Shown: piece after piece, positions 11,722-24,667 of the stretch
Numbering within the stretch: position 1 is the stretch's first letter
Layout of the letters: each line of letters starts with the position of its first letter
Assembly: GCF_018977255.1 (NCBI RefSeq)
Contig: NW_024704743.1
Coordinates: 35,280,001 to 35,344,000, forward strand
DNA from: Callorhinchus milii
Taxonomy: Eukaryota
Length of the DNA: 64,000 nucleotides
Reading direction: 5' to 3'
The notes under the pieces: model-generated
What the model saw: the letters and a program-made list of their open reading frames with translations, nothing else
What the model was told of the DNA's origin: nothing
Databases searched by the model: none
Position numbers and translations under genes: made by a program

Positions 11722-12508
11722 AAAGCACACTGGGTTCCTCAAGGTTTGCATCTCACGAACTTGCATCTAATATTTTCTGGAATTAGGTGAGCAGGATTCA
11801 TCCCTCCCGGGAGAGAGTGTGCATTCCATTCAACACAGGGACATTTCTATCTGAAGGTGGCATACATGGAACTATCTGGGTTTGATACTCTTAAGCATGG
11901 TGATAGGTTTTTTCATGTGTCAGAAACCCGACTGACCACAAAAATGCAATAGATTATTTTGTGATGACAACTCTTTGCAAAGTTCAAGCTATGATGGGAT
12001 ATTAAATATTAATAATACAATACAAAATTGCATTTGTATAGCGCCTTTCACGTCAGAAGGACGTCCCAACATGAAATAGCAATAATAGCAAGTTAGGGGA
12101 GGAGTTTGGAAAAACACAAACCTTTTAATTTTGAATATTCTCAGATCGGAATTACAAATTATTTTTTCTTGTTCTGACATGGGCGACAGATTGATCTAAG
12201 AATTGATGCCTCATGACAATTGTTTTAAATATCCAAGTGTTTAAAGTCTGGAAGGGATGTTGAGGCTTACTTTATGATTTCAGAGATGCAGCTACAGTTG
12301 CAGCCCAGTTAAAGCGTGTAACAGATTACCTGTTTTTCTGTGATCTTGGCTAATTTTCCTTGGATGCCAGGTGGCTGTGAGAATGTGACAAGTGATTGAT
12401 TTCTTTTTAGGGGGGGCCTGAATTAAACCGAGTGCTATTCATACTGAAAAAGACTTGACCTTTTTTTTTGCGGTCAAAGATTTATTACCTCGCACAAAAG
12501 TGTTGTAA

Positions 12509-12766
<258 letters not shown>

Positions 12767-12961
12767 TGAAGTACAACTGACTTTAGAGTTTAATATTTTT
12801 ATAAGTCTTTGAGGATTTATAATTTTTTGTCTTTTCCTCAATGGTTTCATTATTCGTCCTTGCAGTCTGTTTTATTTTAAAGTTATTTAAATTTTACACC
12901 TGTTCCAAAAAGAAAAGTTGTGCACATGACATAAGAACTGAATTTATACACATATATTTAG

Positions 12962-13330
12962 ATGTCAGCCTGGCTCAGTTGGTAGCATTCTTGCCTCTAA
13001 ATTTGGAACCCATATAATGTGATATTGATGCTCCAATGCAGTGCTGGGTGGGGGGGTGCTGCAATGTTGCGTCCTTCAGGTGAGATGTTAAACCAAACCC
13101 TCATATCTGCCTGTTCAGGTGGACGTTAAAGATCCCATGGCACTAGTCGTTAAGAAAAGGAGTTTCCCCGGTGTCCTAGCCTATAATCCCACAAATAAAA
13201 TTGGTCACTCACTCCATGTGTGGAGATTGTTTGCTGCATTCGCCGACAAAGTATTCACTTTACAGTATATTCTGTGAAGCGCTTTGACACGTAATAAGGC
13301 ACTATATCAAATGCAAGGTTTATTATTATG
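12962..13330 (+). mobile_element. Deu-domain SINE (SacSINE1/AmnSINE1-like)
   Basis: gtcagcctggctcagttggtagc head and tccttcaggtgagatgttaaacc...ctgcctgttcaggtggacgttaaagatcccatggcact core. Confidence 0.85.
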
Positions 13331-13760
13331 TCCTGTGAAGCGCTTTGAGATGCCTTGATGACGTGTCCTGTATGAAATTCAAGGATTATTATTATATATT
13401 ATACTGGAGCTGTACGGCTGAGAGAGATTTGGTACCAGAGATAATCCAACATTTGTAATGAGTCTTGTACTAAGCTGAGTTGCAAATTGAAACTGACTTC
13501 TCCATCATCAACACAGCTGGCTCTGCTCGCAAATTTTAACTTTGCAGGAAAACGCTCATTTTACAGCTGAATTATACACTGAGACAAACTCGTAGGAGTT
13601 AATTATTCATTTTAACTTGGTGGTTAATATAGGATTATTTATTCATCACCACACATCATAGGATGGGAGACTGAATCCAGCAAACCTCATGAAGGATATT
13701 TTATCTGTTCACCTGTTTTATCTGTTTGTGAATTTTGGCGTTTGCCAACGTAAGTAATGT

Positions 13761-14095
13761 GGAGTCCTGTAGCTTATTGGTTAGAACACCCACCTGATAA
13801 GGTGAGTTTCCTTACTCCACATGCCTCTGTTTACCTAGCAGCAAGTAGAAACCCAGTTGATAGACGATTGGTGGATCGCTTTCTAGGGGTAATAATCCCT
13901 TCCAAAAAAGAATTAGAATAATTTGATAACTTAATCCACAACTGTTTGTGGGACACTGCTACGTGCATATGGCTGCTGTGCTTCGCCCACAAAATATACA
14001 GTCTATTCACTTTAAGGCATATTCTGTGAATCACTTTGAAATGTCTCAACAACATGATTAGGCTTTATATTAAATATAAGGATTATTATTATTAA
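13761..14095 (+). mobile_element. tRNA-Ala SINE, long subfamily
   Basis: ggagtcctgtagctta head, internal ctctgtttacctagcagcaagtagaaacccagttg block and standard tail. Confidence 0.85.
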
Positions 14096-14877
14096 TATTA
14101 TTATAAGTATCCTATACTGTTGACTCTACACAGTTTTACAACAATATGATATCTTTCAGGGAACAAGAATCGGGTTGAAATGATTGTAATTAGTTCTTCA
14201 GATGAGAAATTAGTTGAATGGAAATTGTACCTGAGCAGCTTGCTTGTAAAAATATATTTAGACCCTCAATATTACTTGTAACTCCCTATGACTCAGATGA
14301 GAGTTTAAGTTTCCTATTAAGTGAACAGTAGAAACATGTGTGTGTGTTAAGATGCCTCGAGGTCATTCTGCCACTCTGCTTCACCTTGTGCTTTGATTGG
14401 CATTTAGTTCTCTCCTTAGTGGAACCTTTTGTGCTGATTTGAGAGGAGCACATTTGAGGAAAACTGAACACGGAATTAGAATCGTGACTTGTCTGACTGA
14501 AGTGCTTACTTATATTTCTTTATCTTGTAATCGTTCTTCAAGTAGAGCTTCAGGTGTTTTGAATTGTAGTTGGTATGCTCCAAAGCCCTGGAGCTGCACA
14601 GTCACAAAGTACCAGTGAGCAGCATCCAATTTAATTTAAAATGAGCAGTGGTGGATGGATTCAATATCTGAATAGAATTTAATGAAGCCAATTCAGATAT
14701 TGAAATCAATGTGTAGCATTTACAAACCAAGGTAGGAGAATGAGAGTTTGCAATTGAAGAACATTTTGGTCGGTGATTGTTCACTACATAAAAGATTTGC
14801 CTACAAAACCAGTCACTACACTTGACAGTAATTACTGTAAAGAACCTTGGATTGTAATAACCTTGAATTGTAATGCA

Positions 14878-15045
14878 AGTGTATGTGTGTGTGCGAGAGA
14901 GAGCAGAGTGTCTTGTGTGAGACAGGGCTATGTATGTGAGAGAGAGCAGTGTGTGTGAGACAGGGTGTGAGATAGTAGGATCGACATGTGAGCATGAGAG
15001 GGAAGGGTGGTGTGTGTGTGTTTGAGAGAGAGAGAGAGGGAGAGG
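14878..15045. repeat. Degenerate (TG)n/(GA)n compound simple repeat
   Basis: Interspersed tgtgtg and gagaga runs. Confidence 0.8.
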
Positions 15046-15256
15046 ACAAGGTCTATACATATGAAAGGGCAGGATCAGACTCAAATATGATGCACCCAGT
15101 CAAATATCTTGTTGATGTTTTTCCTAGTTGTATCTCTCCTTTGGGTCTCACCATGATGAAAAGAGACTACCATCTCTGAGAGTTTCAGGCACTATATGCC
15201 TATCTACTCTTTGAACTTCCTCCAAAAATCTGTTTAACTCAGACCCTCACACACTT

Positions 15257-15481
15257 GGAGATAAATTCCACCTGCGTCTAGATTTATTCTCTTAATGTAG
15301 CATTTCAGAATTTGACAAATACTTGAATTCAGTCTTAACTTAGAAGTTGGGTTTCTGTAGTTCTTGAAACAAGAAATCAGCCTCAAATTTAAGGCTGTAT
15401 TTAAAGATTTTGCCAGATTCTGAATGCTCTGAAATTCTACATTAACTGAGTAAATCTCGACCCAGGTGGAATTTCTACCCC
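15257..15481. mobile_element. Palindromic MITE-like element (non-autonomous DNA transposon relic)
   Basis: The left end ggagataaattccacctgcgtctagatttattctcttaatgtag is a near reverse complement of the right end ctacattaactgagtaaatctcgacccaggtggaatttctacccc; complementarity continues toward the centre. Confidence 0.75.
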
Positions 15482-15614
15482 ACTGTCTTCAAACCCTTAC
15501 TGTAAATCTATCCCTTCAACTGTACCTTCAGTACCTACCTTTCCCATTTTTATACTATCCTTATAATACCTCAAGACATTACCCTCCTTGAAAGATGTTA
15601 CATAATACACCTTG

Positions 15615-15930
15615 TGGAGTCCTGTACCAGATTCCTAGGCAAGGCGAAACCTTAGGCAAGTTTCCTTACTCCATACGCCTCTGTATACCTAGCATTGTAA
15701 GTAGGAACACGGTTGTTAGTCGATTGATGGATTGCTAACAGAGAAAATAATCCTCCAAAAAAAAATTGGTTACTCAATCCACAATTGTTTGTGGGACACT
15801 GCTGTGTGCAATTGGCTGCTGTGTTTTGCCCACAAAATATACAGTCAATTAATTTCAGTATATTGTGTGAACTCTTTGTGACGTCTCAATGATGCGATAA
15901 GGCGCTATATCAAATGCAAGGTTATTATTA
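15615..15930 (+). mobile_element. tRNA-Ala SINE, long subfamily, with internally deleted head
   Basis: ggagtcctgta...ggcgaaaccttaggcaagtttccttactcc...ggcgctatatcaaatgcaagg. Confidence 0.85.
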
Positions 15931-16954
15931 AAATACAAGTGTTGTGACTTTGCTGATTAAAGTAGCTGAAGGCATTTGATCCAAACGTTCCTTTTCTTCC
16001 TGCCCCACCCCAGGAAGTCCAGTCATCAATGAGACTATCAGCAGAAACCTCTCGGCAAGATTACTCTTTCACCTCCTTTCACTCTCCTGCTGTGACACAT
16101 CCTGTTGTCTCATTGTTAGCAATGAGAGCTGCTGCTTCATTGCCCGTTTCTTTGCATTACAACTTGTCATTACATCATTACCAGAATCACACACTAAGTG
16201 TGGATGGAGACACTGCGGCACACTTGAGATGCTATTATAGTTGACTCTCCCAGGTTGTGTAATGCTGCAATTACCAGTTCAATTACCAGCATCAATGGTG
16301 CTGTTGACACTGGGAATGAAATTGCCAGCCAGAATAACTGAATAGTGAGTTTTCCTCCCCGCATACTAAGCCCCAGCGATGGTCAAATTGATTATCAGCG
16401 GGTCATCGGCAATCTGATCGCACCAAAGTGCCATCAATATTCCTTCTGCATGATCAGGGTATTAGGGACTATAACACTCGTTTTTGTAATAGTAAAATAA
16501 ATGTACTTCATTCAAAAGGACCCGAGGCACATCCAACCTTGACTGTCTTATGAACTTGTACTTTCTATCATTAAGTTTTGCATACTCATTGTCAGGATTC
16601 AACATGGAGGTATCTCGTGGCAAAGCCCCTTCTGCATGGGATGTAGATCAGTTATTTATCACTGTATATATACTGGTTATCAATCAAAAGCTGTAATGAC
16701 AACAGCCCTTAAAAGGTATGAGCTCATTCGTCATCAGTCTCCTGAATGAACGAGGTCAATGGAGACATAGCGGCAATGAGAGTCTTTAAACAAAAGAATG
16801 ATAATCTTTACATTTAATGTAGTACCTTTCATGTTGGAAGGACATTTCAAAGCACTTCACAGGATTTTATTATAAAGTGTAGCTATTGTGTATTTTGTAT
16901 CTAGTGACTATACTCCTTTACACCTTGGGGGTGGGGGTAAGATAACAGTTGAAT

Positions 16955-17914
16955 TGGCTTCCACATGTATGCGGATGACACCCAGCTCCACCTCTCTGCC
17001 TCCACCTTTGACTCCAGGACCACTGCTGTCCTGACTGAACGTCTGTTAGACATCAAGTCCTGGATGAGAGCTAACTTTCTTCAGTTGAATGTCAACAAGA
17101 CCGAGGCTCTCCTGATTGGCTCCCGTCAGCACTTCCTCACCTCAGGCGCTGACAGCATCACCATCCATGGTTGCACACTCCACCTTACTAAGCCAGTCCA
17201 GAACCTTGGGGTCTTGTTTGACCCTCAACTATTCTTTCTACCCCACATCTGAGGCATGACCCGCTCAGCCTTCCCCCACCTCTGCAATATCGCCCGGCTC
17301 CGCCACTGTCTCACATCGCAGGCCGCCTCATACACGCTTTCATTACATCGAGGCTCAACTATGCAAACTCCCTGCTTGTCGGCCTCCCCAACTCCTCCCT
17401 CCATACGCTGCAGATCATCCAGAACTCTGCAGCCCATGTCCTCTCCCGCACCAGGCTCCGTGACCCTATCACCCCCATCCTTGCCCAACTCCACTGGCTT
17501 CCCATCACACAGAGGATATACAGATAAAAATCTTGGTCCTCACCTTCAAAGCCCTCCCCGGTCTTGCTCCCCCTACCTCTGCGACCTCCTAACCCCCTAC
17601 CATCCTGCTCGTTCCCTCCGTTCAGCGGGCTCCGGCCTACTTCACATCCCCCGCCTCGCTCGCCCCACTATTGGCAGGGGGGCCTTCTGTCACTCTGCTC
17701 CTATCCTCTGGAACTCCATCCCACAGTCCCTCCCCCTTGCCCCTCCCTTGCCACCTTCAAGACCCATCTCAAGACCCTCCTCTTTGACCGTGCTTTTGAA
17801 CTCTTTGCTTCCCGCCACTACCTGAACCCGACCTGCAGCTCGTTCCGTAACTCTGTTTGTCCAGTGCCTTGGGACATCCCCCCGACGTGTTGTAATTTTG
17901 TTGTTGTTGTTGTT
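16955..17914 (+). mobile_element. L2 LINE 3' portion (RT YADD motif to tail), frameshifted
   Basis: Translates [14 protein letters not shown]...WMRANFLQLNVNKTEALLIG...NLGVLFD and ATFKTHLKTLLFDRAF; ends in the stem-loop and a (GTT)n tail. Confidence 0.95.
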
Positions 17915-20070
17915 GGTGTGGCACGGAAACGCGATTGGAGGGGTTCGTGAAGAGAGTGGTGGGAGATGAAGGAGCAAAGCTGAGAAGCAACGACTCCAGG
18001 ATGTTGGAGAGGAAAGGGAGGTTGGAGATGGGGCGGTAGTTTGAGAACAGGAATTAATCCAGGGAGGATTCTTTAAGGATCGGAGTGATGACGGTTGTTT
18101 TTAAAGGTGTGGGAATGGTCCCAGTGGACAGGGAGAGGGACAGGGAGCTAGGAAGTAAGGAGAGGGGTAGGGATGATTATAGTGGTGATGAGAAAGGAAT
18201 GGGAGACATGTTCGAAAGTGTGGAGGGAGGGGTGGGTAGGTGCTAGTGTGAGAGGGGGAGAGGAGGAGATAGGGTAGACAGAAGGGCAGAGGCAGCTGAG
18301 CGGATCCCCTCCCCTTTGGATTCGAGTGAGTCCAGCATCGCCTAGCAGTTGGCATTGGAGGTGAGGATGGGCGAGGCATGAGAGGGTGGGCGGAGGAGCC
18401 GGTTAGTGTGGAGAAGAGGAGCTTGGGGTTGTCCTTGGCCTCCAAGATTGTCTTGGAGTAGAACGTGGTGGAGGCAAGGGCAGAGCGGTAAGATTTGATA
18501 AGGTCCAGCCAGAACTGCTGATGGACCGTTAGATTCGATTTAAGCCAGGTGCGTTCAGCGGCATGGCTTAAATCGTGAAGGGAGTGGTGGGAGAGGAAGG
18601 AGCGTACTTTAAGGGAGCAGAGGTGGCTGGTGTACCAAGGTGATTTTCATGAGTCAGAGACAGTTGAGAAGCGAGGGGAGCAAGGGAATCAAGAGTGGTG
18701 GAGAGGGAGCTGTGGAGAAGAGTGACCCAGGTGGATAGGTAATTGCGGGAGGAAGCCCAGAGGGGAAGGAGTTCAGATGACTCCAATGCAGCCGAGAGGG
18801 AGGGGGGCAATGTTTTTTTCCAGGGGTGGCAGGAAATGGAGGTGTGTTGGGTGGCAGTGGGAAGAGGGATTTAGGAGTTGAGGGAAATGAAGCGATGGTC
18901 CGAGATCACGTTTTCGATGATGGTGAGGTCCAAGACGGTGAGGCCCCGAGTGATCACTAGGTCGAGGGGGTAACCGCGGATGTGGGTGGCAGAGTGGATG
19001 TGGAGGGAGAGGTTGAGGGAGGAGGAGATAAGGGAGGAGAAGTCAGCAGAGGTAGAGCAGGAGGGGGTAAAATGAATATTGAAGTCGCCAAGCATGAGGA
19101 GGCGATCAGAGCAGAGGGAGAGGGAAGATAGGAGGGTGGAGATGTCGGGGAGGAAGGTGGGGAGGACTTGATGGGGGTGATAAATAAAGAGAATTTTGAA
19201 GGAAAGGTTGGAGGGGTGATAAATGGTAAGGTGCTCAAAGGATAGTAAGGTGCTCAAAGGAGGGGAAGGTTCCAGAGGAGTAAAGGCGTACGCCGAGCAG
19301 GGACCGGATGATGAGAGCCACACCAGCACCACGGCGGTTAGGTTGTGGGGTATGATGGAAAGTATAGCTGGGTGGTGTGGCCTTCCAGGGGGAAGGTATC
19401 ACCTGGAATGATCCAGGTTTCAATGAGGGCGAGAATGTTGATGTTTTCGTCGACAATGACGTCTTGGATGGTGAGTGTTTTATTGGAGAGGGAGCAGACA
19501 TTTTGTAGGCTGATGTGGAGGGGACAGTTGATGGCGGAGTGTGAGGGCAATGGGGGAGAGGAGGAGGACTGACAGGGAGGGTGGGATGTGGATCAGGGAG
19601 GAGAGGTTGGCCTCCCCCTGTCAGGGACCGATGGGCCTTGCAACGAGAATGGGGGATGGGGCAGTCAGAGTGGCTACTATTGGACAGCCAGCAACGACTG
19701 CCACGGTGGTCCCGACGGAGGATTCGCAGGCTGGAGCAGAGGGAGGCAGTGGGATGGTCGTGCAGGGATAGGAGTCGGGGAGGGCGGTGGGAGAGGAGGA
19801 CCAAGCGGGAGTAAAGGAAGGTAGAGGACAGGGGTGGGAGCATTATGGGGAAGCAGCTTGGATCAGTGGCGGCAACCAAAATCTGCACGCTGAGACTAAG
19901 CGCAAACGGGGTGGGGGGGTCAGCGAGGCATATTTAGTCCGCTGGCGTGGATCATCATGGGGCGAGGGGACAATCTTATAGTCCCAGTGAGTCCAAGCTG
20001 AGAAATTCAAAGGTGGCGGGCAGATGTGACGTCCTGCGGCAGCCAGTCTCTGGTCACCAAATGAGTTGCC
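17915..20070 (-). mobile_element. L2 LINE 5' portion: 5' UTR, APE endonuclease, linker and start of RT; 3'-truncated and disrupted
   Basis: Minus-strand peptides LQNVCSLSNK...ILALIETWI (EN N-terminus), IYHP...MLGDFNIH...THIRGYPLDLVIT...ISDHRFI (EN), AKDNPKLLFST and NYRPISNLPFLS (RT start). Confidence 0.93.
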
Positions 20071-20594
20071 TCTAATCTTACGTAACTGGGAAAATGCAGT
20101 ACCAGCCAAATCAGAATAAAATGCAAAGTAGTGAATTAATGTAACAGAAATGGTGCTTTATATTTAGACATGGGAATTAATGTGGGTAAATCCTTCAGGA
20201 GTAATTCTGATACTTATGCACTTCACAGCAGTTAACAGTACCACAGGCTCCAAAGCTTTTCCTTCACCGATCGATCCAGTGCAGGTTTATCAGACATGTA
20301 GAAGAATAAGATAGTTTCAGTCAAGAGGCTATGTTTTATTAAACAAGAGATTTTCTTTTGCAAGTTGTTGACTTGATTAGCATTGGTCTGAAAGAGGAAA
20401 TAACTGATGAAATAATAATAATAATAATCCTTGCATTTAAGATGTGCTTTTGGATGTAGATGGGCAGAAGTTGTGTCCAGATGATGACATACATTATGAA
20501 AGGGGCAAGCCTTTTTTTGAAGCACTCACTTTCCTTCCTACTTCCCCCCTCATGATTTGCTTAAAAATGTTTTGTGTTTTTCTGCCTGGCTCCA

Positions 20595-20900
20595 CTTACA
20601 CAACTCAGCATGCTTGCCAATGCGTTAGAAGGTTGTAGATTTAAGCTCTATGTCAAGACTTTGAACTCATTTAGTCTTGGCTGACACTTTAATACAGTAC
20701 TAGAGGAGTCCGGCACTGTTGGAGGTGTCATCCTTCAGATAAGATGTTAAATTGAGATTCCCTGTTGTAGTTCAGGTGGATGTCAAAGATACCAAGGTAC
20801 TATTCAAAAAGAGAAGGGAGTTTCTCCTTGGGTCCTGGCCAACAACCGCCCAAATAAAATTAGTCATTCACTTCATGGCTGTTTGGAGGACATTGCATCT
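20595..20900 (+). mobile_element. Deu-domain SINE fragment
   Basis: ggaggtgtcatccttcagataagatgttaaa...caggtggatgtcaaagataccaaggtactattcaaaaagagaagggag. Confidence 0.8.
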
Positions 20901-21719
20901 CCAACCATTACCTCATCTCCCTCTCCTCTCACATCCCCTGTGCCAGGCACTTCACCATTTTTTTTTCTGCCCCTGGAAAAAAACTGTATTGAATTTGGGA
21001 TAGTATTGCAAAGTTTATTGCACGGCTTTTTGTAAGTTCAATTTTAGATTTCATAACTGCGCACTACTGGCTGGGAGAAGCCGAGTTGAAAGAGTGAAAT
21101 GGGAGGGTGGGTTGGGGTTACGTCATAGGAAGGGAGATTAATCCATTAGTAGAGATGCTGTACGTTACATTCACTGAGGCTACTTTCCATTGCAGAATGC
21201 AATTTTCATCATTTACAACCCTACATAGCACTAGCATGTTAAAATATTTATTAGTTTTACAGGTCATAAAACAACGCTTCTAAAGACAAATGACAGCATA
21301 GATCCTTAACCCTTCAGTCGTTCCAGGCTTTGTGGATATGTAACAAAAACATCAAAAAATCTTTAATAAGCAGTGATGTATTGGTTAATGGAAATATCTT
21401 GTTAATGGTACCTTGTAGGCACAGTTTTACTTATTTAATTTATAAATGCTTCTTAAATCAAACGTCTCACATATTGGCTTTTAATTCAAATTTCTGGCAG
21501 AGCGATATATTTTAGAGACGAGCTATGTCATGGCTCATTCCATGTTAACCCCTTTTTGTTTGTTCAATCTTTTGACAAATTATTCTAGAGTTAGATGTGG
21601 AATAAATGACAAAATATCTCATAAACCAAATGTGCAGAGCATTTTTTTTAACATGTAAAATCATCCCAATAAAAAAATTGTACTGATACTGGTGGTTTAA
21701 GCTTGTGAGATTTGTTGAA

Positions 21720-21920
21720 TCCTATCAGGATTTACAGAAACTTGCCATTACCTGTTCTTTAAGTGCAGCCTCCAAGAGAATTAGATAAATATCGAAAAAG
21801 TAAACTACAAGGGTATGGAGAAAGGATAAGCAAAGGGACTGAAAGGATTATTAATAAAAGAGCCAGCTCAGACATTATGGGCTCAATGTCCTTCTTCCGT
21901 ACTTTAAATTTCTATGGTTC
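21720..21920 (+). mobile_element. CR1 3' end remnant
   Basis: ttagataaatat...caagggtatggagaaagg...aaaagagccagctcagacattatgggctcaatgtccttcttccgtact...ttctatggttc resembles the chondrichthyan CR1 3' UTR. Confidence 0.55.
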
Positions 21921-22319
21921 GATTTTTCAACAAAACAGAAATTGTCTACATACTCTCTTTACATTTAACCCCTTGTCTCCCTGCCTTCCATTCCTGATAC
22001 CAACACCCCGCTCAGATCTAAATCCCTGAATGTCCAGCGCCTTGGGTCGTCCTCCCAATGTGAAAGGCCCTATACAAATGTAATTTGTTGTTGTTGAGTG
22101 TTCAGGAATGCAGACCTAGTGTGAAAACTGGGATGATGGTGCTGTTTTGTTTTGTACCCTGAGCATACCAGAGGTGTTCTGCTGTGCGTTGTGTGGGGAA
22201 GTGCCCATAGCAATGCATCTTAGGAAGCAGAGTACCTTATACTTGGCTATTTAAACATGAAGAAAGTCCTGTTCTGTAACTGCACGTTTTTTAGCAAACA
22301 AATACAAGGTCTAAAGAAT

Positions 22320-22520
22320 CTCCTGTTCTTAGCCTTAAAATCATTTATGTCTTAAAATTTCCTGCAAAACGGTGAAAAATTCTTAAATTGAGTCTTAATT
22401 TGGAATCTGGTTCTTACAAATAATTGTGGAAAAACAGCTTTCAAATTAAGACCAAATATAAGATTTTTTAGAACGTCTATGATTTAAATTTCAAGACAAT
22501 GGTCCCATTGATAATTACTT
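22320..22520. mobile_element. Palindromic MITE-like element, same family as 15257-15481
   Basis: aaaattcttaaattgagtcttaatttggaatctg pairs with cagctttcaaattaagaccaaatataagattttt. Confidence 0.6.
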
Positions 22521-24667
22521 GAGGAAATTCAATTCTTAGATCATTTAATCCTAAAAGTATTTACTAATCAGAAATATCAATGGAACAATTTGAGTTGTAA
22601 ATGCCTCTTGTGTACCAGATTTGGGATTATAGTCATTTGTCGTGTAGGATGTGGCAACAGACAGATTGGTCTGATTTTTTTTGCATAAATGGGTTGTTTT
22701 CTTCCACAATCCTTCTAAGTAAGATCTGTTCATTTCAGCAAATAATAGCTTGAAAAAGTGGAGGTAAATGGTTTCTTTGGGGACCACATTGCATTGTGAT
22801 GTTTTAAGCACAGAAGGCCTTGGTTCAGCAGCTATGTGTGGTTATTAGTTAGGCAGAAATCTCAGCTTGATGGAGATCCCCACTCGTGTGTACTTGACAA
22901 CTCTGACATGCTAGCCTGAGGACAAGTAAATCTCATTTACACCCGCTAGTGGCTGCAAGTGCCTCCTGTGGCTGATGCATGGTCAGAATTACATGAGGCC
23001 TGCGAAGGACACCTGCCGTATGCAGCTCTAAGAACCGTGTGCATTAAATAAATGGGGTCTAAATCATTCAGATCATCATAAAGACACTACGGATAGAGCG
23101 CTGTTTTTAGTGATCAGTGGAAAATAATCCCCAAACTCAAATATGTGAATTTGGAAGCACAATTTTATAAGATATCCATACACGAGGGAGATCATTCATT
23201 CAGTAAAATCATTCAATGTTCTCTTAGGACGAATTGCAGTGACATAAAAACTATAATTTCTTCCTCATCCCTTACAAGTAACATTGATGCTAATCTACCG
23301 TTCTTCATTATATATTATTGTGCATGCGATAATCATATTTTTGGTATACAGGACAGCCTTGCTCATACAGTACACATTTCAGTTGCTCAGCTGCCCCATT
23401 AATCCATTCTTTGCCTTTCCTAATCCAAGTGTGATTGAGTTGGTTTATCCTCCTTTGGTAAATATCTGCATGTTTTTTCTTCTGACACTTCTTGAAAGTA
23501 ATCCTCTTCCAATTCCACCAGTCCTCGGGACCCAATGAGAACTTTTAGGGACAGGAAAAGGGCATGTAACTCAGCAATTCTGAATCCTGTTTATCCTTCA
23601 CACTCACTCTATCTCTGAATCCTTTCTCTCTCCAAAAGAACATTCTGCTCTTAATTAATAGTAACACTTCTGGAAGTTAGTTATGATGAATTACATGTGT
23701 GAACTTCTAGTCTTACCAATTGCCAGGATTAGTATTTAGGTTTAATTTACAACTGTTAAATTTAATTTATTTCTGTACATTGTTTTGTGTGCCTGTACAA
23801 TTCCCCATGCTCTGTCATCTGTCGCAGAGCGACACACTTTGATGGCAGTCTTCAGAAGTAGGGAGCATTGAATTCAATCACTGCATGGGTTTTTGGAGTG
23901 AGTGCCCGAGGAGAAAGCTTTTCTTCTCTGGATAAGGTGGGGAGAACTTGAGAACCACTCAGTTTTCAGTTCCAAAGGTACACCGCCAAAGAGGAACTTT
24001 TGCTTTCCCGCGTGATTAAAGTGAGGGTGTGTGTGAACATTACAAAGTCCTTCTGCACAAGCACTGCGGGTGGGATGGCTGAATTGGAAAACCCTCAAAA
24101 TCTGTTTTCCCTATTTAGATTGCCAAGGGCTATAGAAACCACAGGCCAACAGCTTCACACATACTCCTGATCTTAGAAGAATCACTTGGAATGTCAGACT
24201 GCTTTTTGAATCTTTTACTGAACCTAGATTTATCGCCAATTTAAGGAGATGTGAGAGTTGATGGGCTTTTATTTTACGATTTTGTCCAAAATTTGCAGAA
24301 TATATTTTCCTGATGTATCAAATGAAACTTATTAAAATTGTTACTAAACCAGAATGTTTTCCAGTAAATTCATAGTGTGTTACCGTATGTGTGTTTAGCA
24401 GCATATTACCAAGAAGTAAATAATGGTTGATATATTCTCTGAAGTTGACCATCTTGATTCCGATCAATTTATATAGACAAAGAGTGGGAGGGTTAACATT
24501 TGAGGAGAAGATGCCAATTTTTGAGTGTTCATAGTTACTCAAATCTGGACACAACTCAACACACATGATAATCACGGACCATCAGACCTATAAAAGCCTG
24601 TTTTAAATGTTATTAGAAGCACTCCAAGAGCTTTGAAGTAGTTTTCATGTAAATGGTGCCAGGCAAA

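Noticed and set aside
14602..15084. 160-aa His/Thr/Ser/Leu-rich ORF
   Set aside because: It is a translation of the (TG)/(GA) simple-repeat region.
17915..20070. Endonuclease and reverse-transcriptase ORFs as a functional or domesticated gene
   Set aside because: The motifs are spread across several frames with stops, deletions and a small internal duplication (aaggtgctcaaagga twice near 19228-19262). This is a dead L2 copy.
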